From positions 21,550 to 85,549 of the forward strand of contig JAFYAW010000015.1 in assembly GCA_017540505.1 (NCBI GenBank): a stretch of DNA of 64,000 nt. Reading direction: 5' to 3'. Source of the stretch: Bacteroidales bacterium. GTDB taxonomy: Bacteria; Bacteroidota; Bacteroidia; Bacteroidales; WCHB1-69. Of the stretch, positions 1 through 9,223 are shown one piece after another. The notes beneath the pieces are model-generated. The model made no database searches, was not told where the DNA came from, and worked only from the letters and a program-made list of their open reading frames with translations. The stretch's first letter is position 1; each line of letters begins with the position of its first letter. Both the position numbers and the translations under genes were made by a program.

Positions 1-31
1 CCGCGTCTCTACAACAGGGGTTTGCAAATCA

Positions 32-1039
32 TTAGAATTTGTTGCCGGCAGCCTGGCAGGCGGTGATGGCCACAAGGCTGACGATGTCGTCCACGGAGCA
101 ACCGCGGGAAAGGTCGTTGATAGGAGCGGCCATACCCTGCATCACCGGTCCGATGGCATCGGCACCGGCCATACGCTGCACGAGTTTGTAGGCGATGTTG
201 CCCACCTCAAGAGACGGGAACACCAGCACGTTGGCCTTGCCAGCGACGGGACTGCCCGGAGCCTTCTTGGCGGCCACTTCGGGAATGATAGCGGCATCAG
301 CCTGCAAATCACCGTCAATCACCAAGTTGGGATCCATTTCCTTGGCGATGCGGGTAGCGTTGACCACCTTGTCCACGAGCTCGTGTTTGGCAGAACCCTT
401 GGTGGAGAAGCTCAGCATGGCCACTCTCGGCTCAATGCCGGCGATGGTGCGGGCCGTCTGGGCGGTGACCACCGCAATCTGGGCCAGCTTGTTCTCATCC
501 GTGTTCGGGTCGGCGGCGCAGTCGGCGAACACCATGATGCCGTCATCACCCCATTTCTTGTCGGGAAAGCACATGATGAACGCACCAGAAACCACAGAGA
601 TGCCCGGCAGAGTCTTCACAATCTGGAAAGCGGGACGGAGCACGTCGCCCGTGGCATGTTGGGCACCCGTGACCTCACCGTCAGCATCGCCGTTCTTGAT
701 GAGCAGCGTGCCCAAGTACAACGGATCCTCCACCAGCTTGCGGGCCTCCTCAATGGTCATGCCCTTTTTCTTGCGGATTTCGCAAAGCATCTCCGCATAA
801 AACTCCTTTTTGGGGTTGTCCATCGGGTCGATGATCTCGGCCTTGCCGATATTTTTCAAGCCCCATTCGGCAGCCTGGGCCTCAATCTTGGCCTTGTTAC
901 CCAATAAGATGATGCCGGCATATCCCTTGTCCAGGATGATATCCGCAGCTTTCAATGTTCTTTCCTCTTCGCCCTCGGCCAGCACAATCCGTTTGTTGGC
1001 ACTGATGGCATTCTGTTTGATCTTGTCGATTAAATTCAT
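32..1039 (-). CDS. pta: phosphate acetyltransferase
   Basis: 335-aa ORF with ATG at 1039-1037. Resembles the Pta catalytic (PTA_PTB) domain over its full length (..SFSTKGSAKH.., ..INDLSRGCS..). Confidence 0.93.
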   Translation of the reverse strand: MNLIDKIKQNAISANKRIVLAEGEEERTLKAADIILDKGYAGIILLGNKAKIEAQAAEWGLKNIGKAEIIDPMDNPKKEFYAEMLCEIRKKKGMTIEEARKLVEDPLYLGTLLIKNGDADGEVTGAQHATGDVLRPAFQIVKTLPGISVVSGAFIMCFPDKKWGDDGIMVFADCAADPNTDENKLAQIAVVTAQTARTIAGIEPRVAMLSFSTKGSAKHELVDKVVNATRIAKEMDPNLVIDGDLQADAAIIPEVAAKKAPGSPVAGKANVLVFPSLEVGNIAYKLVQRMAGADAIGPVMQGMAAPINDLSRGCSVDDIVSLVAITACQAAGNKF

Positions 1040-1083
1040 AGCAGTTTGTACTTTATATTTTAATGATGTTTATGCAAATTCCT

Positions 1084-1320
1084 CTATTCGGCCAGCACTA
1101 ACACATTGCCGTCCAGCACTTCCGCCACACCTCCGTTGATGTCGAAGAACTGCTGCTGTTTGGAGGCATCCTCGATTTTGATGCGTCCCTTTTGCAAGGC
1201 GGCCACCAAGGGGGCGTGATGGTCCAGGATTTCAAACAATCCGTCGATGCCCGGCATCTGCACCAGCGTGACCTCACCGGAAAACACGGATTTATCAGGG
1301 GTTCTGATTTCCAATTTCAT
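1084..1320 (-). CDS. atpC: F0F1 ATP synthase subunit epsilon
   Basis: 78-aa ORF starting 7 nt downstream of atpD. Short Bacteroidetes-type epsilon beta-sandwich (..FSGEV..V..PG..G.F.IL..HAP..). Confidence 0.85.
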   Translation of the reverse strand: MKLEIRTPDKSVFSGEVTLVQMPGIDGLFEILDHHAPLVAALQKGRIKIEDASKQQQFFDINGGVAEVLDGNVLVLAE

Positions 1321-1326
1321 AGCCGG

Positions 1327-2853
<1,527 letters not shown>

Positions 2854-2923
2854 CTATTTTTTTGAGCCGCCAAAGATAAGAAAAATTGCCGTTACATGAT
2901 GACACCCTCATCAAGATATTTTT

Positions 2924-4573
2924 CTAATGGCTCACTGACTGCAAAAGTTCGTTTAAGGCGTTCAGATTTCCGGGATTAATCAGCGTATCCACAACCAGAT
3001 TCCCCAGTTTGTCGAAAGCCACATATCGTAGGTTTACCCAGTAATCGAAATAGTAATGGAATGTGTTGTTAGTGTCGCCATACACTGGGATCTTGCCAGG
3101 ACTGACACGTATCGAACAAGGATTCAACTCACCGTCCACCTCTTTGCAAAAATTTTCCACTGCCTGCTTATCCGAATTAATCATCACTATGGCAGTGCCG
3201 CGTTCCACGATATTTTGTCTGTTTTGTGACAATATTTTAGCAAATGCAGGAATACAAGAAGGACAAGATGCCTCTGATATTATGACAAAGGAAGTATATC
3301 CGTCATAATAATCACCTGTGATTTTTTTCAGATAGGCGGAAAAAGCCTTCCCTCGATTTTGTCTTGGTGCTAAATTGTTAAGACTGTCTCTTCGATGGCG
3401 TATTTGTTTATCTAAATAATTCTTGTCTTTTTTTTCAATTGTATAGGTGAAATAGGTATAAGTAAGAAATTTTCCTTCTTTTTTGGGTAAAAGAAATCCT
3501 TTCTTGTAGGGCGTTATGATTGGCTGATGGCCTTCAGGAATGATGCCCTCCCCTATCTTGTTCAGACGCTCATCCAAGATGACAAAACTATAAACGTAAT
3601 TTTCTCGTTGGACGGCCAGTGGCCCGTCGGAGTCACCACAACGCACTTTGGCTGTCATATAAAAAATCTGATTAAGGGAATCATATACCAACTTTTCATA
3701 ACGGGATTGATAAGCATCATACTGTTTGATGTTCTCCTTATTTTTATAGGGTTTTATTTCATCTATAGTCTGAAAATGGATCTTTTTTTTTGCTATGGAG
3801 TTTGTTTTGGGAACATAACGCCATAGTATGGGTTGATTATGGAAAAACATATACACTGCATTGCCAGAGGAGGTTATATAAGGGGATTTGTCAAAATAAG
3901 ACCACTGATGTCCTTTAGGTGGGGCAGAAGGCCTAATCGGCAACTCTTTCGGGCCCTCATGGCTGTTAGACGGGTACGACACCGTCCACACTCGCCCAAT
4001 AGGAGGTGCGACATCCGACTCCCATGGGAGTAATGGTATAAAAATCTTTTGAGAATGATAAACTATAGGACATTCAATAAAAGAAATATAATGTCTGTCC
4101 GAAAGTCCAGTCATATTGTTTTTCAGAGATTGTACGGGAAGCCCTTTCGGATGAATGGTGTCCAAAATCCGCTTGTTTCGACTCAATAACAAGAAGGTAG
4201 CATCATGGCAATCGAACTCATATGTAGAGTTCAACGCTACCAGCACCGAATCTTTTCCTATCAATAAAGCGTATTCAATGTCCATAAAACGTTTAACATT
4301 CAAATCAATGGAATCTATCACACGCCCTTCAGTAAGGTCATAAACGATATAGTGGTTGGCAGGGCGGCGAATACCAGTGGAGATCAAGTGTCCGTTTGCA
4401 TTCGGTTTCACTTGCCAGATAAAACCAGTAGCATCCCCTCCCCTCAAACTTCGCGTCACAATATCATACTCCTCATACAATACGATGTTGCGGATATGGT
4501 TGTCTGTAGAGCATGAGAATAGCAAGGAAAATCCTATCGTAAATCCTATAATACGAAAAAGGAATAATCTCAT
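2924..4573 (-). CDS. hypothetical lipoprotein: N-terminal beta-propeller-like region fused to a C-terminal thioredoxin-like CxxC domain
   Basis: The ORF track gives 2924..4594. I prefer the ATG at 4573 (MRLFLFRIIGFTIGFSLLFSC, lipobox Cys), which overlaps the stop of the upstream ORF as ATGA. The C-terminal ~130 aa contain ..FVIISEASCPSCIPAF.. in a Trx-fold-like context. The DNA is AT-rich. Confidence 0.7.
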   Translation of the reverse strand: MRLFLFRIIGFTIGFSLLFSCSTDNHIRNIVLYEEYDIVTRSLRGGDATGFIWQVKPNANGHLISTGIRRPANHYIVYDLTEGRVIDSIDLNVKRFMDIEYALLIGKDSVLVALNSTYEFDCHDATFLLLSRNKRILDTIHPKGLPVQSLKNNMTGLSDRHYISFIECPIVYHSQKIFIPLLPWESDVAPPIGRVWTVSYPSNSHEGPKELPIRPSAPPKGHQWSYFDKSPYITSSGNAVYMFFHNQPILWRYVPKTNSIAKKKIHFQTIDEIKPYKNKENIKQYDAYQSRYEKLVYDSLNQIFYMTAKVRCGDSDGPLAVQRENYVYSFVILDERLNKIGEGIIPEGHQPIITPYKKGFLLPKKEGKFLTYTYFTYTIEKKDKNYLDKQIRHRRDSLNNLAPRQNRGKAFSAYLKKITGDYYDGYTSFVIISEASCPSCIPAFAKILSQNRQNIVERGTAIVMINSDKQAVENFCKEVDGELNPCSIRVSPGKIPVYGDTNNTFHYYFDYWVNLRYVAFDKLGNLVVDTLINPGNLNALNELLQSVSH

Positions 4574-5064
4574 TGGGCCATGTTTTCTGAACATGTGACA
4601 ATAAAAACAGCAATTTCTTCACCACCTGGCAATACAGAAACCTCAATATGGCATGTATTACCCGTTTGCGAACATGTTATATACCTATTTCCACTTACAT
4701 CCACATGTTCCGAATAATGCTTGTCACATACGCCCATTGCATATTGAAGGCTTAATGAATCATCATAACAAATGGGTGTTATATATCTGCTATTATTTTC
4801 GTCAAAGAAAACGGAGTAATTTAAATATTCGGGTGTAATATTTTCTTCAATTACTTCGCGCAATGATTCGCTAATATCCGAAGCGTCTATTTCATCATAC
4901 TCACATGATGCCAAGTATTCTAGTACTTCCGAATATAGAGGTACTCCCACAGGTAGTGCTATTAAATCCTTGTTTTGTGTATTTTCATCATTAGGAGATT
5001 TGTCACATCCAATGAAAGAAAGGAACAATGACACGAATAGCAAAAAGACAATTTTTTTTCTCAT
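4570..5064 (-). CDS. hypothetical small Cys-containing lipoprotein
   Basis: 164-aa ORF with signal peptide plus lipobox (..LFLSFIGC) and seven further Cys in the mature part. Its stop overlaps the start of the next gene (ATGA). A CAAAGATA -7 box lies at 5159-5166. Confidence 0.65.
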   Translation of the reverse strand: MRKKIVFLLFVSLFLSFIGCDKSPNDENTQNKDLIALPVGVPLYSEVLEYLASCEYDEIDASDISESLREVIEENITPEYLNYSVFFDENNSRYITPICYDDSLSLQYAMGVCDKHYSEHVDVSGNRYITCSQTGNTCHIEVSVLPGGEEIAVFIVTCSENMAQ

Positions 5065-5282
5065 AAATGTTTTATGGGACTTCTATGGTTATTTGATTTT
5101 TCATATTTTTCGATATTCTGCGAAGTCCGTTAACAAAAAACAAAAGAATATGACGTGACAAAGATAAAAAAAATTTTCCAACAAATAGTGATTATTATTA
5201 TTATTTAACAATGTTGGACTATGTACTCATTCAAAGGACGAACGTTAATACGTTACCTTGGCATCAAACACATTATGAAATT

Positions 5283-7052
5283 CTACCGTTTAATCACCTT
5301 CCCCACATTCTGACCCATTTTCACCACATATACGCCCGGAGCGTAGGAGCTCAGGTCGATCTGTTCACGGGTGCTTGTCAACGGTTTTCTATACAATAAT
5401 TTACCAAAAATGTCGAACACCATTACAGGCTCATGCTTCCGTACCATTTCCTCATCCTCCACCTCAAACGTCACAAAGTTGGTGGTAGGGTTGGGATAAA
5501 GGTTGAAAGATGCTTTGGCCGGACGGTCCTGCACGCCCAAAGGAGAAAGGTAAACCGGATTCACGTGATAGAGACTGTCAAGGATGATACCGTTGGCAAC
5601 ACTTCCGTTTATGGCCCAGGTGTGCGGGATGGTGACGAGACAGAGTTCCACCTCATCCATACCGCCGGCCGACAGGTTGAAGGGCCCCACGGAGGCGAGA
5701 CCTCTGCGATCACCGGGAGTATTACTAGCGTTATATTCCGTCCATCCGCCAACGCCGAACATCTCGGGATAGGGATCCATGCCGTATGTTCCAATGTTAC
5801 AAGGATCTGACATGCTTGGATATAAGAAGTTGCACTCTGGTCCATTACCTCCATTATTAGAATGACCGCCTCCGCCGTAGCGCATTTTCGTGTTGTCTTT
5901 CCAAATTCCCATCATAGAATTATAGTATTCAGCTGCAACCGATGGATCGCCATACACCGTACCTTCATTGTTATGACTGATAAAACCGGTCAATCCGTAG
6001 CGTTCGTTGTCCACAATGCTGTCGCCGAAACCTAAAGTCCCATTAATGGCGTATCGATCTAACGCATTGCCACTATAGAAATAGGCGAAACAATCGGCGG
6101 AATTGCTGTAGGCCGGGTTGTCAATGCTATCGGCGGGCATCAGCGGGCCCGACAACAGCGTGAGCGTCTGTACAGGCCAGTCGGCACCATAGCTATTACT
6201 CTGACCGGAACCATCTATTTCGGAACCGTTATAACAATAAACAGTGTTCTTCATCACATCGCACCCCACATAGTCGTCGTTACCATACCCCAAATCCCAA
6301 TCACTCCATAATCCGATGTATGCATTATGATAGTTGTTCTGTGATCGATTGAAAATCTTGTATTTCAAGAAGATGGTATTGTTCATAATGGTATCCCCAG
6401 GAACATTATATGCGTATGCCATAACATGTACTTCCACCCCTAACGGCAACCCTTGGCTTTCGGTATGTGTGCTGTAATTGTCATTGAAGATGATGAATTG
6501 CGCCATGTCGCCGGGGAAGGCCGGATAGTCGCCGAGTTCGGGCTCATAGCGGTTATTGTTATTCTCATCCACAAACGGGGCGAGCAGCCAGGCCTGGCCT
6601 TTGGTAGTGTCGCCGTGCGCAGGCCAGTCGAGGATATGCTGCGGGATTGTGTAGCCTGGGGTATTTCGATTGGCCAAAAAGTCCATCACCTCCTGACGGG
6701 TGATTTTGAAGGTGCGGTCCCACAGCTGCTTGGTGGCCGCGTCAATGGAGGCATCCACTGTGGAGAGCGGACCGGGCCATGTGTCGTTGCCTACTTGATT
6801 GAAACGATCCGCAAAAAGATGGAGCTGGGCGTTGTCGTCCTTCGCGCCCATCCAGAACGAATAGCAGAAATAGGTGGACTGTTCCGAGCCTTTGGGGACA
6901 CGGAAACCGACGTTGTCATCCAAAAACCAACCGCCGCCCCGAGGGGTGATGGGAATATCCACATTGTTGATATCAAGGCGGTTTTCCTGCGCCTGCGCAA
7001 GCATACCCAGCACACAGGAGACTAACACAAACAAAAAAATTTTTTTTCTCAT
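5283..7052 (-). CDS. secreted protein with T9SS C-terminal sorting domain, function unknown
   Basis: The ORF track gives 5283..7127. I chose the internal ATG at 7052 because it yields a signal peptide (MRKKIFLFVLVSCVLGMLAQAQ). The C-terminus ..FNLYPNPTTNFVTFEV..GVYVVKMGQNVGKVIKR is a typical T9SS (Por) sorting tail. A -7 box lies at 7088-7095. Confidence 0.8.
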   Translation of the reverse strand: MRKKIFLFVLVSCVLGMLAQAQENRLDINNVDIPITPRGGGWFLDDNVGFRVPKGSEQSTYFCYSFWMGAKDDNAQLHLFADRFNQVGNDTWPGPLSTVDASIDAATKQLWDRTFKITRQEVMDFLANRNTPGYTIPQHILDWPAHGDTTKGQAWLLAPFVDENNNNRYEPELGDYPAFPGDMAQFIIFNDNYSTHTESQGLPLGVEVHVMAYAYNVPGDTIMNNTIFLKYKIFNRSQNNYHNAYIGLWSDWDLGYGNDDYVGCDVMKNTVYCYNGSEIDGSGQSNSYGADWPVQTLTLLSGPLMPADSIDNPAYSNSADCFAYFYSGNALDRYAINGTLGFGDSIVDNERYGLTGFISHNNEGTVYGDPSVAAEYYNSMMGIWKDNTKMRYGGGGHSNNGGNGPECNFLYPSMSDPCNIGTYGMDPYPEMFGVGGWTEYNASNTPGDRRGLASVGPFNLSAGGMDEVELCLVTIPHTWAINGSVANGIILDSLYHVNPVYLSPLGVQDRPAKASFNLYPNPTTNFVTFEVEDEEMVRKHEPVMVFDIFGKLLYRKPLTSTREQIDLSSYAPGVYVVKMGQNVGKVIKR

Positions 7053-7141
7053 AACAAACGAATTATCAGACATTAAAATAGGAGCCGCAAAGGTACTAAA
7101 AAAAAAATTTTCCAAAACCATTGACATATTAAAAAAAAGTG

Positions 7142-7149
7142 TATTTTTG
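7142..7149 (+). promoter_or_regulatory. Bacteroidetes -7 promoter box TATTTTTG (followed by CGGCG) for tRNA-Gly
   Basis: Matches TAnnTTTG, 16 nt upstream of the mature tRNA 5' end, and is preceded by an A/T tract. Confidence 0.5.
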
Positions 7150-7164
7150 CGGCGTCAAAAACAA

Positions 7165-7237
7165 GCGGAAGTAGCTCAGTTGGTAGAGCACAACCTTGCC
7201 AAGGTTGGGGTCGCGAGTCCGAGTCTCGTTTTCCGCT
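7165..7237 (+). tRNA. tRNA-Gly (anticodon GCC)
   Basis: 73-nt cloverleaf folded by hand. Acceptor GCGGAAG/TTTCCGC (one G-T), D arm GCTC-AGTTGGTA-GAGC, anticodon stem CAACC/GGTTG with loop TTGCCAA, T arm GCGAG-TCCGAGT-CTCGT. No encoded CCA. The T loop has C where U55 is expected. Confidence 0.85.
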
Positions 7238-7242
7238 CAATT

Positions 7243-7277
7243 GTAGAGACGTGGCATGCCGCGTCTCTACTTTTTTT
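7243..7277 (+). terminator. intrinsic terminator after tRNA-Gly (also one copy of the GTAGAGACG palindrome family)
   Basis: GTAGAGACGTGGCA/TGCCGCGTCTCTAC near-perfect palindrome (7243-7270) followed by T7. Confidence 0.8.
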
Positions 7278-7495
7278 ATCGGCAAATTACAAACGCATAT
7301 TGCTGATTTTGCGTTTACATCAAATAATCCCGGATGACAGGCGCGAAAGGTTGTGGTATGCTTTTGTTCAAGGCCTTTTCTCGAGCTCTGGCCCAATTAT
7401 GACCTATTGCCTCTTTAATCTTCTTTCCTCGGTTTCCGAACACATATTCTGCTAAGCTTTTCCTATAAAAGTCTGCGTTTTTTTTTTCATAAAAA

Positions 7496-7544
7496 TAAAC
7501 AAAAAGAGGATTCCGAGCACACTGTTGGTGCTCTGAACCCTCTT
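7496..7544 (-). terminator. intrinsic terminator downstream of pyrI
   Basis: The reverse strand reads AGAGGGTTCAGAGCACCAACAGTGTGCTCGGAATCCTCT followed by a T run, 23 nt after the pyrI stop. Confidence 0.7.
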
Positions 7545-7566
7545 AGATTTCAAATTTCCTCCCCCC

Positions 7567-8001
7567 CTACTTGTTCGGGTACGGCACCACGATGTCATCG
7601 CAGTACTCGCAGCGGTAGGAGCGCTTCTCCTTGTCCACCAAGTGGAACACATGGTCGAAGTAATGCTCCACGGAGGTCACACAGCGCGGATTCTTGCAGT
7701 GGATGATGTTGGTCACCGTTTCCGGCACCTCCAACTTCACCTTCTTCACCGTCTTTCCGTCCTCGATGATGTTCACCGTGGCGTTCGGGTCGATGAGGCC
7801 GAGGAAATCGTAGTTGATGTCAATGACATTGTTGATCTTGATGATGTCCTTCTTGCCCATCTTCAGACTGAAGGCGTTCATGATGAGGGCCACGTTATAA
7901 TCGGCCTTGTCAAGGTGCAAATAGTTGAACACGGTCATGCCGTAGCCGGCCTTGATGTGGTCAATGACGATACCTTTTTCTATACTGTTGATTTCTAACA
8001 T
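7567..8001 (-). CDS. pyrI: aspartate carbamoyltransferase regulatory subunit
   Basis: 144-aa ORF with a C-terminal Zn cluster (CKNPRC..CEYC), located downstream of pyrB. Confidence 0.93.
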   Translation of the reverse strand: MLEINSIEKGIVIDHIKAGYGMTVFNYLHLDKADYNVALIMNAFSLKMGKKDIIKINNVIDINYDFLGLIDPNATVNIIEDGKTVKKVKLEVPETVTNIIHCKNPRCVTSVEHYFDHVFHLVDKEKRSYRCEYCDDIVVPYPNK

Positions 8002-8033
8002 GATGTTTCTGATTTTTGATGTTTATTGTTTTA

Positions 8034-8100
8034 GGGTGTTGGGGTATTGGGCTTTTGCTAATGGCTAATGGCTAACAGCCAATAGCCAACGGCCAACACC
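8034..8100. repeat. degenerate 7-bp-period array in the pyrB-pyrI spacer
   Basis: TAATGGC TAATGGC TAACAGC CAATAGC CAACGGC CAACACC. The outer GGTGTTGG / CCAACACC ends are inverted. It starts 4 nt after the pyrB stop (reverse strand reads GGTGTTG GCCGTTG GCTATTG GCTGTTA GCCATTA..). Confidence 0.7.
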
Positions 8101-8103
8101 AAA

Positions 8104-9027
8104 TTAATAGATCCCCAACAACTTCAAGATGAGGGCCATACGGACGTACATGCCGTTCTTGGCCTGGTTAAAGTACTGCGCACGCGGGTCGCTGTCCACC
8201 TCCGTGCTAATCTCATTCACGCGGGGCAGCGGGTGCAGGATGTACGTGTCGGGACGCGCGTAGGTCATCTTCTCGGCATCGAGGATGAAACGGTCCTTGA
8301 GGCGGATGTAGTCCTCTTCGTTGAAGAAGCGCTCACGCTGCACGCGGGTCATGTACAGGAAGTCGAGCTGGCCCATGTAGGGTTCCATCTGATCCACCTC
8401 CTCGAAGGGGATGCCCCTCTTGCGGACCACCTCCTCGCGGATGTATTCCGGCACTCTCAACTCCTCGGGGGAGATAAAGATGAAACGCACGCCCTCGTAG
8501 TTGCTCAGGAACTTGACCAGGGAATGGACCGTGCGCCCGAACTTGAGGTCGCCGCAGAAGCCGTAGGTCTTGTTCTCCACGTTGCCGCGGAGACGCTCCA
8601 CGGTGAGGATATCGGTAAGGGTCTGCGTGGGGTGCTGGTGACCGCCGTCGCCGGCATTGATGAGCGGCATCTTGATGTAATGGCTGGCCATACGGGGCGC
8701 ACCCTCCTTGGGATGGCGCATGGCCGCGATGTCGGCGTAGCACTCGATGGTGCGCAGCGTGTCGGCGATGCTCTCACCCTTCGCGGTGGAGCTGGAGTTG
8801 GGCTCCGAGAAGCCGATCACCTTGCCGCCCAAACGCAACATGGCCGCCTCAAAGCTGAAGCGCGTGCGCGTGCTCGGTTCATAAAAAAGAGTTGCCAGAA
8901 TCTTACCCTCGCAACTCTTGCTGTATTTCTCCGGATTGTCCACGATCTGATGAGCCAAATCGAAAATCTCGCGAAATTCTTCGCGCGTGAAATCCGCAGG
9001 GTCTATTAAGCATCTGTTTTTTAACAT
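8104..9027 (-). CDS. pyrB: aspartate carbamoyltransferase catalytic subunit
   Basis: 307-aa ORF with carbamoyl-phosphate motif [11 protein letters not shown] and HQHPTQ. Confidence 0.96.
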   Translation of the reverse strand: MLKNRCLIDPADFTREEFREIFDLAHQIVDNPEKYSKSCEGKILATLFYEPSTRTRFSFEAAMLRLGGKVIGFSEPNSSSTAKGESIADTLRTIECYADIAAMRHPKEGAPRMASHYIKMPLINAGDGGHQHPTQTLTDILTVERLRGNVENKTYGFCGDLKFGRTVHSLVKFLSNYEGVRFIFISPEELRVPEYIREEVVRKRGIPFEEVDQMEPYMGQLDFLYMTRVQRERFFNEEDYIRLKDRFILDAEKMTYARPDTYILHPLPRVNEISTEVDSDPRAQYFNQAKNGMYVRMALILKLLGIY

Positions 9028-9177
9028 AATAAATCCTTCCTATATTTTTGTAATTATTAATTGATGTCGTATTGAATATCCTTCCCGAAAAACCTTTGCA
9101 AAAATAGAAAAATAATTTTTTTCAACCCCCAACCCGTGATTTTTTTTTACGATTTACGATTTGAACCTTAAGACGTG

Positions 9178-9223
9178 AGAACCAACTCCCAACGTCCTAC
9201 TCCCAACTCCCAAGAACCAACCG
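9178..9223. repeat. degenerate 7-bp-period array directly downstream of the 853-aa gene
   Basis: CCAACTC CCAACGT CCTACTC CCAACTC CCAAGAA CCAACCG, abutting the stop codon at 9224-9226. Reverse-strand reading is TTGGGAG-type. Confidence 0.65.

Noticed and set aside
5237-5246. ACGAACGTTA, resembling one arm of the Bacteroides invertible-promoter inverted-repeat consensus. It lies near the promoter box of the lipoprotein pair.
   Set aside because: No matching inverted partner (TAACGTTCGT) was found within several hundred bp on either side, and there is no recombinase gene nearby.
6874-7455. 193-aa + strand ORF spanning the T9SS gene start, the tRNA-Gly gene and its terminator.
   Set aside because: It runs straight through a tRNA gene and a hairpin terminator and has no coding signature.
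8034-8100. Possibility that the short-period arrays (here and at 9178, 29705, 44839, 58509) are CRISPR arrays or minisatellites encoding peptides.
   Set aside because: The period is only 7-8 bp with no spacers and there are no cas genes. The arrays lie outside reading frames.
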